Source of the DNA: Bacillota bacterium | GTDB lineage: Bacteria; Bacillota; Sulfobacillia; Fermentithermobacillales; Fermentithermobacillaceae | Reading direction: 5' to 3' | DNA length: 64,000 nt | Assembly (NCBI GenBank): GCA_050952065.1 | Contig: JBMNKF010000003.1 | Span: 28,985 to 92,984 of the forward strand | Shown: positions 38,281 through 48,844 of the stretch, piece by piece | Position numbering within the stretch: the first letter of the stretch is position 1 | Layout of the letters: the number at the start of each line of letters is the position of its first letter | Made by a program: the position numbers and the translations under genes | The notes under the pieces: generated by a model | Told to the model about the DNA's origin: nothing | Database searches by the model: none | What the model saw: the letters and a program-made list of their open reading frames with translations, nothing else

Positions 38281-38564
38281 TTGGCACTCATCTCCTTTAC
38301 CTTGGTAATACGCCGCCCGTTACGCTACTGCCTTCTTCCCCCGGCCTGATCTGAACCAGAGCAAACTGGACCAACCGTTGAAGACGCTATCTGGGGCCAG
38401 ATACTAACAGGAATTAGGAATCGGCTGCCGTGCTAAGATGTAGCAGAAAGCGAACTCCTTGGGGGGCTCAACGTGGCGGTCCGCGACATTTGCGGGCCAT
38501 CTATCCGCTGTGATATACTGACTCTGCAGTGTTTTCCGGAAGCTTTCCATCGAGGGGATTTTGT

Positions 38565-38598
38565 CGGAGTGGGTTTCTATTCGAACCCACTTTTTGTA
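38565..38598 (+). terminator. intrinsic-terminator-like hairpin in the leader of the rimP-nusA-infB operon (candidate NusA-responsive attenuator)
   Basis: GTGGGTT-tctattcg-AACCCAC followed by TTTTTGTATG, 20 nt upstream of the rimP ATG. A sigma-A-like promoter (TTGCGG ... TGaTATACT) lies at 38489-38520. Confidence 0.45.
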
Positions 38599-38618
38599 TG
38601 TTGTCGGGGTGATGGGCA

Positions 38619-39122
38619 ATGAGACTTCGGGGACTAGAAGATGACCTGTTCATGGACTTTGAGCCCTTGGTAAGGGAAATGAACATCGGCGTGGACGTCT
38701 TGGATGTTGAGTTTATCAAGGAGAACAAGCGCCGCATCCTGAGAGTCACGATTTACAGCCCCGACGGCATCACGTTGGACCACTGTGCTCGGGTGCAGAA
38801 GGTCCTAAGTGAAAGGCTCGATGTGCTTGACCCGATCCCGGATGCCTATGATCTGGAGGTCTCGTCCCCCGGGCTTGAAAGGACGCTGCGACGCGACAAG
38901 GAGTTTTGCGTGTTCAAAGGCTCTTTGTGTCAGGCGAACCTGTTCGCGCCTGTGGATGGTAAGAGGACATTCCAGGGTACGTTGGCGGGTACGGAGATCG
39001 GGCAAGACGGAGAACCGGTTATCGTCCTCAAGACGCGTCAGGGGTTGGTTACCCTGCCCAGGAAGAATGTGGCAAGGGTCCGGTTAGTCTACGATCCCAA
39101 GCCCCGAAAGGGCGAAGAGTAG
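38619..39122 (+). CDS. rimP: ribosome maturation factor RimP
   Basis: RimP/DUF150 pattern including SSPGLERTL. Its position upstream of nusA supports the call. Confidence 0.7.
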   Translation: MRLRGLEDDLFMDFEPLVREMNIGVDVLDVEFIKENKRRILRVTIYSPDGITLDHCARVQKVLSERLDVLDPIPDAYDLEVSSPGLERTLRRDKEFCVFKGSLCQANLFAPVDGKRTFQGTLAGTEIGQDGEPVIVLKTRQGLVTLPRKNVARVRLVYDPKPRKGEE

Positions 39123-39138
39123 GAAGGAGGCGGGAGGA

Positions 39139-40167
39139 ATGAACGGCGAGATTCTATTGGCGCTCGGCCAGTTAGAGAGAGAGAGAGGCATCGCTGTAGA
39201 GGACCTGGTCGACGCTCTGGAGTCGGCATTGTTGTCGGCATATAGGAAACACTTTGGTTCTGCAGATAACGTGAGAATCGAGTTTAATAGGGAGACGGGC
39301 AAGATCCGTGTCCTCTCCCGCCGGGAAGTGGTTTCGGAAGTTGTCGATCCCAAGCGGGAAATAGAACTTTCTAGCGCCCGGGCAGTTAATCCTTCATACA
39401 GCCTAGGCGATGTCGTAGAAAAGGAAATTCCGGCGCAAGGATTTGGGCGGATAGCCGCGCAGACGGCAAAGCAGGTAGTCCTCCAAAAGCTCAGAGAAAA
39501 AGAGCGCGGCATGATCTACGAAGAGTTTGCCGAGCGCGAGGGCGACGTTGTCACAGGGCAGGTAGTCCGGATCGAGCGTGGAGTTATAATCGTAGATCTT
39601 GGCAGGGTGGAAGGGTTCATTCTCCCACCTGAACAGGTCAGGTCCGAGAAATACAAGGAGAGAGACAGACTGAAAGCCTATGTGCTAGAGGTGAGGAAGT
39701 CGCCCAAAGGCCCCCAGATCCTTTTGTCGAGGACTCATCCAGGTCTCCTGAAGAGGCTTTTCGAACTCGAGGTCCCAGAAATCAGAGACGGAGTCGTAGA
39801 GATTCGCGGTATAGCCAGGGAGGCGGGAGCAAGGTCGAAGGTGGCCGTCAAGGCTAATCTGCCGGAAGTCGATGCTCTGGGTGCCTGCGTTGGGGCTCGG
39901 GGCAGCAGGGTTCAAGCCATCGTGCAGGAGCTTCGTGGAGAGCGCATCGACATAATCGAGTGGGATGAAGACTTGCGAGTGTTTGTGGCCAATGCTCTGA
40001 ATCCCGCTAAGGTGACAGGCGTTGATATAGACAGTGAGCAGCGGGTTGCTAGAGTGACAGTGCCGGAGCACCAATTGTCCCTCGCTATTGGCAGAGATGG
40101 TCAGAACGCGAGATTGGCTGCAAGACTCACCGGTCTCAAGGTCGATATCAAGGCGGAAAAGAGATAG
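39139..40167 (+). CDS. nusA: transcription termination/antitermination factor NusA
   Basis: N-terminal domain, S1 and KH domains (…GARSKVAVKANLPEVDALGACVGARGSRVQAIVQEL…). Confidence 0.9.
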   Translation: MNGEILLALGQLERERGIAVEDLVDALESALLSAYRKHFGSADNVRIEFNRETGKIRVLSRREVVSEVVDPKREIELSSARAVNPSYSLGDVVEKEIPAQGFGRIAAQTAKQVVLQKLREKERGMIYEEFAEREGDVVTGQVVRIERGVIIVDLGRVEGFILPPEQVRSEKYKERDRLKAYVLEVRKSPKGPQILLSRTHPGLLKRLFELEVPEIRDGVVEIRGIAREAGARSKVAVKANLPEVDALGACVGARGSRVQAIVQELRGERIDIIEWDEDLRVFVANALNPAKVTGVDIDSEQRVARVTVPEHQLSLAIGRDGQNARLAARLTGLKVDIKAEKR

Positions 40168-40243
40168 TTTTAGGTAATGTCCACAAAGCGTAACCAGAGG
40201 AGGTTACCGGGGAGGATGTAAAGAAGCCAAGGAGGTGGGGGTA

Positions 40244-40525
40244 ATGGCCAGAAAACTGCCTCAGAGGACTTGCCTGGGGTGCCAGGAGAAGAAGTCCAAA
40301 AGGGAAATGATACGTATCATTCGCACTCCCCAAGGTACGGTGGAAATCGATTCCACAGGGAAGAAGTCCGGAAGAGGCGCCTACGTGTGCCCAGATCTTG
40401 AGTGCCTCGAGCGCTTAAAGAAGGGAAAGCGTTTGGAGAGAGTTCTGGAAGTCTCCCTGCCTCCTTCGATTTTTGAGGAACTTCACGATAGAATCGTCCA
40501 GATACAAGCGGACGTCAGGAGGTGA
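40244..40525 (+). CDS. ylxR: YlxR/RnpM family (DUF448) RNA-binding protein
   Basis: PQRTCLGCQEKKSKREMIRI...GRGAYVCPDLECL is present. The ATG at 40244 is preceded by AGGAGG. Confidence 0.7.
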   Translation: MARKLPQRTCLGCQEKKSKREMIRIIRTPQGTVEIDSTGKKSGRGAYVCPDLECLERLKKGKRLERVLEVSLPPSIFEELHDRIVQIQADVRR

Positions 40526-40532
40526 CGGCCCG

Positions 40533-42938
40533 ATGGCAAGTCGCGTACGCGTGCACGAAGTAGCCAAGGACTTGGAAATTGATTCGAAGACCGTAATCAA
40601 AGCCCTCAATGAATTGGGGATACCGGTCAAAAACCATATGGCGGCTCTTGACCCAGCCGCTGTTGAAGCCGTCAAAACTAAGCTTTCTCAGAAAACAACT
40701 AGACCTGTTTTGGATCCGAAGGTAGTAGCATCGCCGTCGGCCTCCAAGAAGGTCGATGAGGTCGAGTCGAGACGTGGATCGCAGGCGGGCCGTCAATCGG
40801 GGGCATCGCGCCAATCGCAGGCGTCGAGGCAACCGGCGTCGAGGCCGGTACGACAGTCGAACGCGCCAGGTCAATCGCAACAACCCGAGAAACGGCAAAA
40901 GCCGCAATCCCAACAATCCCAGGGCACGCAGCAGGTGCCTGGACGGCAAGCCCAGTTCCAGAGGCTTTCTGGGCAGGTTTCACAACGTCCCACTTCGAGG
41001 ACAGAGAGACAGGCAGGCCACGATGTTCAGAGCCGTTACGATGGCAGCGGAAATGAGAGAGGCTCCCAAGGTGACAGGAATACCAGATACAGAAAGTCCA
41101 GTGGGCGCGGCGGCCGAGGGCAAGGCCGAGGTACAGGGTCCAGGGGAGGCCGCCCAGACAGGCAGGCGGTGACCGGTGCCAGGCGGGTTACTGTGCAGGG
41201 GCCCATACCTGTGCGCGAACTTGCGCCTCTGTTGGGCGTACCTGTGGCTACGGTTCTCAGGACTCTCATGACCATTGGGACTTTGATAAGTATCAATCAG
41301 ACGGTCCCTCCGGAGATCGCAGTCAAAGTTGCTGAGAAACTGGGTTGTGTGGTAACGATCAAAGAACCGGAAAAGAGCCAGGAGCAGGTTATCGCCGAAG
41401 AATTGCAGCGGCCTGACGACGTCGAGGCGCTTGTTCCCAGACCTCCGGTGGTGACTGTCATGGGCCACGTTGACCACGGCAAGACTTCGCTCTTGGATGC
41501 CATCAGAGATACCAATGTCACCGCAAGGGAAGCGGGAGGCATCACTCAGCATATTGGGGCCTCTGTGATTGAGCATGAAGGACAGGAACTGATCTTCTTG
41601 GATACGCCCGGTCACGAGGCGTTCACTGCTATGCGTGCAAGGGGAGCAAAAGTGACCGATGTTGCCGTGTTGGTTGTGGCAGCCGATGACGGAGTCATGC
41701 CCCAGACCATCGAAGCCATAAACCACGCCAAAGATGCGGAAGTCCCCATCGTAGTAGCTTTGAACAAAATAGACAAACCGTCGGTCAACCTGGACAGGGT
41801 GAAGCAGCAGTTGTCTGACGCGGGACTGATCCCCGAAGAATGGGGAGGCGACACCGTGGTAGTGCCGGTTTCGGCCAAGACCGGAGAAGGTATCGACGAT
41901 CTCCTGGAGATGATCGTTCTCGTTGCCGAAATGCAGGAAATTAAGACGGACCCCACTAGAAAAGGTCGGGGTTACATCATAGAGTCCCTCATGGACAAAG
42001 GCCGTGGGCCTGTGGCAACCGCCCTCATCAGATCTGGTTTTCTCAATGTGGGCGACGTGATTGTCACTGATACCACGTGGGGCCGCATAAGGGCCATGTA
42101 TGATGGCCGCGGCAGACAGATCAAACAAGCCGGGCCTGCTACACCCGTAGAGATCGTAGGACTGGAAAGTATCCCTCAAGCAGGGGATCAGTTCCTAGTC
42201 GTAGATGACGAACGGGTGGCCAAGGACGTGACCGAAAGAAGACTCCTCGAAAGGCGCCAGCAGGAGATGGGGTCCACCAGCCGAATGACTCTGGAGGATT
42301 TCTTCAAGAAAGAAGAAGCTGACCAGCGAATGGACCTCAAGGTGATCATCAAGAGCGATGTTCAGGGTTCTTTAGAAGCAATAGTCCAGGCCTTGGGCAA
42401 GATCAAAGGCGACGAGGTTACTATGAGCGTCATCCACCAAGGGGTCGGGGCCATCATAGAATCCGACATTATGTTGGCCAAGGCTTCAGACGCCATAGTC
42501 CTGGGTTTCAACGTCCGACCCGATGCCGGCGCTCGGAGCATGGCCGAAGCCGAGTCGGTGGAAATTCGGACCTACAGAGTCATCTACGACCTTCTTGACG
42601 ATGTGCAGAGTCTCCTGAAGGGCTTGCTCAAACCGAAAATCGAGGAAGTGGTCTTGGGAAGAGCCGAAGTGCGGCAGATATTCCATGTTCCCAGAGTGGG
42701 CACTGTGGCGGGTTGTCACGTGTCTGAAGGTAAAGTATCCCGTCAGGCCAACATCAGGCTCATTCGTGATGGTGTAGTGGTGTACGAAGGGAGAATGTCT
42801 TCCCTGAAGCGCTTCAAAGATGATGTGTCCGAGGTGTCCCAGGGTTACGAATGCGGGATAGGCCTAGAGCGGTTCCAGGACATTAAGCCTGGAGACATAA
42901 TCGAGGCGTTCACAGAGAAGGAAGTCGAACCGGCCTAG
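40533..42938 (+). CDS. infB: translation initiation factor IF-2
   Basis: Starts MASRVRVHEVAKDLEIDSKTVIKALNELGIPVKNHMAAL. An RQ/S-rich linker is followed by the G domain (GHVDHGKTSLLD, DTPGHEAF, NKID) and C-terminal domains. Confidence 0.9.
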   Translation: MASRVRVHEVAKDLEIDSKTVIKALNELGIPVKNHMAALDPAAVEAVKTKLSQKTTRPVLDPKVVASPSASKKVDEVESRRGSQAGRQSGASRQSQASRQPASRPVRQSNAPGQSQQPEKRQKPQSQQSQGTQQVPGRQAQFQRLSGQVSQRPTSRTERQAGHDVQSRYDGSGNERGSQGDRNTRYRKSSGRGGRGQGRGTGSRGGRPDRQAVTGARRVTVQGPIPVRELAPLLGVPVATVLRTLMTIGTLISINQTVPPEIAVKVAEKLGCVVTIKEPEKSQEQVIAEELQRPDDVEALVPRPPVVTVMGHVDHGKTSLLDAIRDTNVTAREAGGITQHIGASVIEHEGQELIFLDTPGHEAFTAMRARGAKVTDVAVLVVAADDGVMPQTIEAINHAKDAEVPIVVALNKIDKPSVNLDRVKQQLSDAGLIPEEWGGDTVVVPVSAKTGEGIDDLLEMIVLVAEMQEIKTDPTRKGRGYIIESLMDKGRGPVATALIRSGFLNVGDVIVTDTTWGRIRAMYDGRGRQIKQAGPATPVEIVGLESIPQAGDQFLVVDDERVAKDVTERRLLERRQQEMGSTSRMTLEDFFKKEEADQRMDLKVIIKSDVQGSLEAIVQALGKIKGDEVTMSVIHQGVGAIIESDIMLAKASDAIVLGFNVRPDAGARSMAEAESVEIRTYRVIYDLLDDVQSLLKGLLKPKIEEVVLGRAEVRQIFHVPRVGTVAGCHVSEGKVSRQANIRLIRDGVVVYEGRMSSLKRFKDDVSEVSQGYECGIGLERFQDIKPGDIIEAFTEKEVEPA

Positions 42939-42969
42939 TTTGGCTGTTGCCGGCAGCGACCGGTAAGGT

Positions 42970-43356
42970 TTGCACCATGTGATCGAGGTGATCCCGGTGG
43001 CACAGAGACGGGAGCGGGCGGCCGCCCTTATCCAGAAGGTTGTGTCGGAGCTCTTAGCGAGACGGGTCAAGGATCCGCGCATAGGATTCGCCAGCATTAT
43101 CGGTGTGGAAGTGACCAAGGACATCGCATTTGCAAAGGTTCACGTGAGTGTCCTGGGGTCCACAGAAGAGAAAGCTAAGACCATGGAAGGGCTCAGAAGC
43201 GCCCAAGGGTTGATACGGTCTGAGGTAGCGCGGGCTTTGGGGACAAGGCACGCTCCAGAACTGGAGTTCATCTTGAACGAAGGTATAGAGCACAGCATAA
43301 GGGTGTCCAAACTGCTCCAAGACATAAAGAAAGAAGATGGGGAGCGGTCGGAGTAA
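42970..43356 (+). CDS. rbfA: ribosome-binding factor A
   Basis: RbfA pattern (RRERAAALIQKVVSELLARRVKDPRIGFASIIGVEVTKDIAFAKVHVSVLG). Confidence 0.8.
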   Translation: MHHVIEVIPVAQRRERAAALIQKVVSELLARRVKDPRIGFASIIGVEVTKDIAFAKVHVSVLGSTEEKAKTMEGLRSAQGLIRSEVARALGTRHAPELEFILNEGIEHSIRVSKLLQDIKKEDGERSE

Positions 43357-44357
43357 TGGACAGCCAGGAGTATGCTCTGGCGCTTTCGGCCATCAAGGAG
43401 ATAATCCAGAAGAATGACGCTTTTATCCTGTTAGAGCACCAGAAACCCGATGGGGATTGCATCGGGTCTGGGCTTGCCCTGGTGCAAGCTTTGCGTTTCT
43501 TGGGAAAGCAGGCGTTGCTGGTCTCCCATGATCCTCACCCAGTTATGTACGATTTCCTGCCCGGGTTACCTTTCTACACCCGGGCAGATTGCCTTGACTC
43601 AGAAGACTACTCGCCTCAGGTCGCGATTTTTCTTGACTGCACCGATCCTGAAAGATCAGGACACGCTCTGGAGTTCGCAATAGGACTGCCCTGGATCAAC
43701 GTAGACCATCACGTCTCAAACTCCATGTTTGGCGACGTGAACTTGGTGGATCCCGGGGCCGCCGCTACAGGACAACTGGTATATGACATTGTCGGGCATC
43801 TGGGCGTGCCGGTGGACGTGGACATCGCCACGTGCATATACGTGGCATTGGTAACCGATACGGGCGGGTTTAGGTACCAGAATACCACTCCCGAAGCTAT
43901 GGCTTTGGGCGCGACGCTTCTGAAAAAAGGCGTGAAGGGTTCTGAAATCGCCGACTTGGTCTTTGAAACCAGAACAGTGTCGTCTGTTCTTCTTCTGGCG
44001 TCAGCCCTGAACACGCTGAAGATGTACTGTGGCGGCAAAGTGGCTGCTGTCACGGTTACCCGGGACATGCTCCAGGCGGCCGGTGCGTCCGCCGAAGAGA
44101 CTGAAGGTATCATAGGGTATCCCAGATCCATTACGGGTGTGGAGGTTTCTGTGTTTTTCAAAGAAGCCGAGGAAGATGGGAAAGTGCACGTGAGTTTTCG
44201 GTCCCGCAAAGTCGTGGATGTGGCTCAGTTAGCAAAATCTTTCGGCGGAGGCGGGCATCCTAGAGCCGCGGGCGCCTTCATGGAGGGAAGCATCTCGGAG
44301 GTCACCGCCAAAGTCCTGGCGGAGATCGACGGTCTTGGTCTATGGACGGATTCCTGA
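43356..44357 (+). CDS. nrnA: DHH/DHHA1-family phosphoesterase (NrnA-like bifunctional oligoribonuclease / pAp phosphatase)
   Basis: DHH motifs (LLEHQKPDGDCIGS, NVDHH) and a C-terminal DHHA1 domain (GGGGHPRAAG). Confidence 0.7.
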   Translation: MDSQEYALALSAIKEIIQKNDAFILLEHQKPDGDCIGSGLALVQALRFLGKQALLVSHDPHPVMYDFLPGLPFYTRADCLDSEDYSPQVAIFLDCTDPERSGHALEFAIGLPWINVDHHVSNSMFGDVNLVDPGAAATGQLVYDIVGHLGVPVDVDIATCIYVALVTDTGGFRYQNTTPEAMALGATLLKKGVKGSEIADLVFETRTVSSVLLLASALNTLKMYCGGKVAAVTVTRDMLQAAGASAEETEGIIGYPRSITGVEVSVFFKEAEEDGKVHVSFRSRKVVDVAQLAKSFGGGGHPRAAGAFMEGSISEVTAKVLAEIDGLGLWTDS

Positions 44358-45286
44358 ATGTGCTCAAACCTTCTGGAGTGACTTCCCACGATGTGGTTCT
44401 CTTGGTAAGAGACATTGTCGGGACCCGAGCGGGTCATCTTGGTACTTTGGATCCTCTTGCCGTAGGCGTGCTTCCCGTTGTCTTGGGCGCCTATAGGCGC
44501 CTGTCTGAATACTGCCTCGACCAGGACAAGCGATATTTGGCCGAGTTCGTGTTCGGAGTTGAGACGGACTCGGGAGATGTAGAGGGGCAGGTCGTGGAGC
44601 GGAAAGACGCACGTTTCTTAGGGGCTGAGCGTGTCAAGGAAAGACTGGCGAAGTTCACCGGGACGATATCTCAGGAACCGCCCGCTTTTTCGGCTTTGAA
44701 GGTGCAAGGGCGCAAAATGTACCAGTGGGCAAGGGAAGGGGTTTCGGTTCCCCGCAAGCCCAGAACTGTCCAGGTGCACCGGTTCAATCTCTTGAGATGG
44801 ACCGGCGGCGTTTTACCCAAAGGGCTTTTTTCCATGGAAGTGAGCCGTGGCACCTACGTTCGTTCTCTGGCAATAGATCTGGGGAGGGAATTGGGAGTCG
44901 GGGCCACAGTATCATATCTTCTCAGGTCCAGGTCAGGTCCATTCGGTTTGGACCAATGTCATACCCTGGGAGAGATTAGAAGGGCAGCCCAAGCAGGGCA
45001 TCTGGAGAGGCTCCTACTTGACCCTTTACAGGCGCTTCCCGGTATGGCGAGATTCCATATAGTGCCTTCCGCTTTGGATAAAGTAATTCACGGGGTTGGC
45101 CTTGGCTACGCGGATTTTGAGGATCCAGTCGCGGTGGCATCCCACGATCCAGAGTGCGGACCTTTTCTCGCTTACGAGAAAGATGGAGAAGGTATGGCCA
45201 GAATAGTGGCTGTTGTATCCTCCAAGGGGAACAAGTTGAATTACCACAAAGTGCTCATACGTGAGAGTGATAGAGTTTGCGGATAG
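44342..45286 (+). CDS. truB: tRNA pseudouridine(55) synthase TruB
   Basis: GFLNVLKPSGVTSHDVV...GHLGTLDPLAVGVLPV, including the catalytic Asp motif. Confidence 0.85.
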   Translation: MDGFLNVLKPSGVTSHDVVLLVRDIVGTRAGHLGTLDPLAVGVLPVVLGAYRRLSEYCLDQDKRYLAEFVFGVETDSGDVEGQVVERKDARFLGAERVKERLAKFTGTISQEPPAFSALKVQGRKMYQWAREGVSVPRKPRTVQVHRFNLLRWTGGVLPKGLFSMEVSRGTYVRSLAIDLGRELGVGATVSYLLRSRSGPFGLDQCHTLGEIRRAAQAGHLERLLLDPLQALPGMARFHIVPSALDKVIHGVGLGYADFEDPVAVASHDPECGPFLAYEKDGEGMARIVAVVSSKGNKLNYHKVLIRESDRVCG

Positions 45287-46299
45287 TTGATGGCAGCATA
45301 GGTACAAAGGACGGAGTAGTGGCTGCGTTAGGAGTGTTTGACGGAGTCCATATAGGGCACCAGGCGCTTTTCCGGAAAACTAGGGCAGAGAGCGAACGGC
45401 TGGGAATTCCTGCTGTGGCGGTCACTTTTCACCCTCATCCGCGGACGCTTTTGGGTGGACACCAGTGCTCTATAACGCTCTTGACGCCACCTCCAGAGAA
45501 GATGGCCCTCATTGAGGACTTGGGGCTCGACTACTTCTGGCAGATTTCCTTTACCAATGAATTGGCCAATACTTCGCCTGAGGAGTTCGTTGGCAGATAT
45601 CTGGTGGACATTTTGCAGGTTCGCCACGTTGTGTGCGGGTTCAACTTTTCCTTCGGCAAAGGTGGGAAAGGTAGTCCTGCCCTTCTAGAGCGGCTAGGCC
45701 AAGAGTATGGGTTCTCGGTTAGCGTAGTGCCCCCTATCAGGGTCCGTGGGGAAGTCGTTTCGAGCACCAAGATAAGGAGAGACCTAGAGGCGGGGAAAGT
45801 GGATGAAGCAAGGGAGTGTCTCGGAAGGCCCTACTGCTTGTGGGGGATTGTTGAGCGCGGCGACGGAAGAGGCAAGACGATAGGGATTCCCACCAGTAAC
45901 GTGGATTTGGGTCCAGAAAAGGCATTGCCCGCAAACGGAGTGTATTCAGCATTGGTTCGGGCGTCCTTTGTCGGTGAGACTGGAGAGCGACGGCTCGTGG
46001 AACGTTCCGCCGTGGTTAATGTAGGCACGCGTCCGACATTCCGCGGAAAAGATACTCGGGTCGAAGTTCACATTCCGGGCTTTTCCGGCAATCTGTACGG
46101 TGAGCGAATTCAGGTGTTCTTGGTTCGGCGCATCCGAGATGAACGGGCATTTTCCGGCGCAGACGAATTGCGAAGTCAGGTGGCAAAGGACATATTGGCT
46201 GTTAGTGAGATGCCTCTGCTAGGATCCGGGTCGGGCCAAGAGGCTTCGTTTACAGTGCCTAGGGCCTATGATAGAATGCTCTCACCTGACGTACCTTGA
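45277..46299 (+). CDS. ribF: bifunctional riboflavin kinase / FMN adenylyltransferase
   Basis: [16 protein letters not shown] nucleotidyltransferase motif, plus a C-terminal riboflavin-kinase domain. Confidence 0.8.
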   Translation: MRIVDGSIGTKDGVVAALGVFDGVHIGHQALFRKTRAESERLGIPAVAVTFHPHPRTLLGGHQCSITLLTPPPEKMALIEDLGLDYFWQISFTNELANTSPEEFVGRYLVDILQVRHVVCGFNFSFGKGGKGSPALLERLGQEYGFSVSVVPPIRVRGEVVSSTKIRRDLEAGKVDEARECLGRPYCLWGIVERGDGRGKTIGIPTSNVDLGPEKALPANGVYSALVRASFVGETGERRLVERSAVVNVGTRPTFRGKDTRVEVHIPGFSGNLYGERIQVFLVRRIRDERAFSGADELRSQVAKDILAVSEMPLLGSGSGQEASFTVPRAYDRMLSPDVP

Positions 46300-46352
46300 G
46301 ACTCGGTAAAGCGTTCCTCCGGCGCCTACTGGGTTCAAGGCCTATTCACATC

Positions 46353-46637
46353 ATGGAGGTGTCCATTTTGGCTTTAGAGCATGACCGCAAACAAACCATC
46401 ATTGACCAGTACAAAATCCACGAGAGAGATACAGGTTCCCCCGAAGTGCAGATAGCGCTTTTGACTGAAAGGATCAATTACCTGACCGAGCACCTTAAGG
46501 TTCATAAGAAGGACCACCACAGCCGTCGCGGCCTTCTGAAGATGGTGGGTCAGCGTCGAGCCCTCCTCAAATATCTATCGCGCGAAGAACCTGAACGTTA
46601 CCGGGCCATAGTGGAGAGACTGGGATTGAGAGGTTAA
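46353..46637 (+). CDS. rpsO: 30S ribosomal protein S15
   Basis: ...[42 protein letters not shown] is present. The ATG at 46353 is preferred over the longer ORF. Confidence 0.9.
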   Translation: MEVSILALEHDRKQTIIDQYKIHERDTGSPEVQIALLTERINYLTEHLKVHKKDHHSRRGLLKMVGQRRALLKYLSREEPERYRAIVERLGLRG

Positions 46638-46652
46638 CTGTGGCCGAAGGGA

Positions 46653-48842
46653 GTGTACTTATTGGAGGGAGTCAGTTCATATCAGTTTGATCTGGCGGGG
46701 CGACGCCTAATCCTCGAGTTTGGTCGCGTTGCTAAGCAGGCAAGCGGTTCCGTTTTAGTTAAGTACGGTGATACAACGGTCTTGGTCACCGCAACTATGT
46801 CGAAACAACCTAAAGAGGGGATAGACTTCTTTCCCCTCACGGTTGACGTAGAAGAGAGACTCTATGCAGTAGGGAGAATACCGGGAAGTTGGGGAAGACG
46901 CGAGGGAAGGCCACCCGAGAAGGCGATCCTTCAAGCCAGAGTAACAGACCGTCCCATCCGACCTTTGTTTCCCAAGGGCATGCGCAATGAAGTGCAAGTT
47001 GTCATCATGCCTCTTTCCATAGATCACGATTGTTCTCCCGAGATTGCCGGGATGATAGGCGCATCAGCTGCACTTACCATAAGCGAGATTCCGTTCCGGG
47101 GGCCCGTGGCAGGCGTGGAAGTAGGTCTTGTTGACGGCCGGTTCGTGATTAACCCCGGAGTCAGCGATGCAGAGAGAAGCGATCTCCGCTTGACTGTTGC
47201 AGGCACCAAAGACGCCGTCTTGATGGTGGAAGCGGGCGCCAATCAGGTGCCCGAAGACACCATGATTGACGCCATCATGTTCGGTCACGAAGTGATCAAG
47301 GAACTCTGTCATCTGCAGGAGAGGATACGAGAACAGATCGGAAAGCCCAAAGCGGAGGTCGCTCTGTTTCTCCCGGGCGAGGAAGTGATCTCCAAGGTGT
47401 CAGAATTGGCGGCCCCAAGGATTCGCCAAGCCATACGCATTGAAGAGAAACTCTCTCGAGAGTCGGCTTTGGACGATGTTTACGAGTCGGTGTATGAAGA
47501 TGCCATCGTCGAGTTCCCCGAACAAGAGTCAGAGATCAGCAATGCGTTCCAAGACGTTCTGAAAGACCAAGTCAGAACAATGATTCTCGAGACCGGAACG
47601 CGTCCCGACGGGCGACAGCCCGACGAGATCAGGCCCATCTCATGCGAAGTTGGGGTCTTGCCCAGAGTGCATGGCTCAGCCTTATTCACTCGCGGCCAGA
47701 CACAGGTCTTGAGCGTGGCCACCCTTGGCGCCAAGGGAGACATTCAGGAACTGGACACCACTGGAGTAGAGGAGTTCAAGCGGTACATACACCACTACAA
47801 CTTCCCCGCCTTTTCAGTGGGGGAAACTAGGCCTTTGAGGGGCCCCGGCCGCAGAGACATCGGGCACGGCGCATTGGCAGAGAGAGCGCTCCTACCCGTA
47901 ATCCCCGGAGAAGACGAATTCCCGTACACTGTGAGAGTAGTGTCGGAGGTTCTTGAGTCAAACGGGTCCACGTCTATGGCTTCGGTGTGCGGAAGCACTC
48001 TATCGTTGATGGATGCGGGAGTTCCGATAAAGGCGCCTGTGGCGGGGATCGCTATGGGGCTCATTAAGGGACCCGATTCGTCGGTAGTCCTCACAGACAT
48101 CCAGGGGATGGAAGACGCATTGGGCGACATGGACTTCAAGGTGGCGGGCACAGAAGTCGGAGTCACTGCCCTTCAGATGGATATCAAGATTGCCGGCGTG
48201 ACTAGGGAGATTTTGCAAGTGGCTCTGGAGAGAGCCAAGGCCGCAAGACTCTTCATTCTCGGCAAGATTCTTGACACTATCTCCAAACCCCGGGATACCC
48301 TGTCTGAATATGCCCCCAGGATGCTGGTGGTTAGCATCGACCCCGAGAAGATCAGGGATGTCATTGGCCCCGGCGGCAAGACCATCAACAAGATCACTAC
48401 CGAAACCGGAGTCAAGATTGACATCGAACAAGACGGACGGGTGTTTATCGCTGCGCCTGACGAGGAGAGTGGCCGGCGGGCTCAAGATATAGTAGAGAAC
48501 CTAACTCGGGACGTGGAGGTCGGAAGGACCTACACGGGCAAGGTCACCAGGATCGCCAATTTCGGAGCTTTCGTTGAAATCCTTCCGGGGAAAGAGGGTC
48601 TCGTTAGGATAGGCGAAATTGCCGAAGAGCACATAGCCAAAGTAGAAGACGTGCTCAATGTTGGCGACGAAATCTTGGTGAAGGTTACCGAGATAGACCA
48701 CATGGGCAGGATCAACCTTTCTAGAAGGCAAGCTTTGGGTGGCGCGCCCCGTCTTTCCCAAGACCGCCGTGGAGATCAGTCACGATCGAATCGAAAGCCC
48801 ACTTGGAGACGGGATGATCGGGGCGGAAGGAACCAAAGGTAG
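46653..48842 (+). CDS. pnp: polyribonucleotide nucleotidyltransferase (PNPase)
   Basis: Two RNase PH domains plus KH and S1 domains. The start is GTG at 46653 or TTG at 46662. Confidence 0.9.
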   Translation: MYLLEGVSSYQFDLAGRRLILEFGRVAKQASGSVLVKYGDTTVLVTATMSKQPKEGIDFFPLTVDVEERLYAVGRIPGSWGRREGRPPEKAILQARVTDRPIRPLFPKGMRNEVQVVIMPLSIDHDCSPEIAGMIGASAALTISEIPFRGPVAGVEVGLVDGRFVINPGVSDAERSDLRLTVAGTKDAVLMVEAGANQVPEDTMIDAIMFGHEVIKELCHLQERIREQIGKPKAEVALFLPGEEVISKVSELAAPRIRQAIRIEEKLSRESALDDVYESVYEDAIVEFPEQESEISNAFQDVLKDQVRTMILETGTRPDGRQPDEIRPISCEVGVLPRVHGSALFTRGQTQVLSVATLGAKGDIQELDTTGVEEFKRYIHHYNFPAFSVGETRPLRGPGRRDIGHGALAERALLPVIPGEDEFPYTVRVVSEVLESNGSTSMASVCGSTLSLMDAGVPIKAPVAGIAMGLIKGPDSSVVLTDIQGMEDALGDMDFKVAGTEVGVTALQMDIKIAGVTREILQVALERAKAARLFILGKILDTISKPRDTLSEYAPRMLVVSIDPEKIRDVIGPGGKTINKITTETGVKIDIEQDGRVFIAAPDEESGRRAQDIVENLTRDVEVGRTYTGKVTRIANFGAFVEILPGKEGLVRIGEIAEEHIAKVEDVLNVGDEILVKVTEIDHMGRINLSRRQALGGAPRLSQDRRGDQSRSNRKPTWRRDDRGGRNQR

Positions 48843-48844
48843 CT

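Noticed and set aside
40980-42179. 399-aa minus-strand ORF
   Set aside because: It lies entirely antisense within infB, whose frame carries the G-domain motifs.
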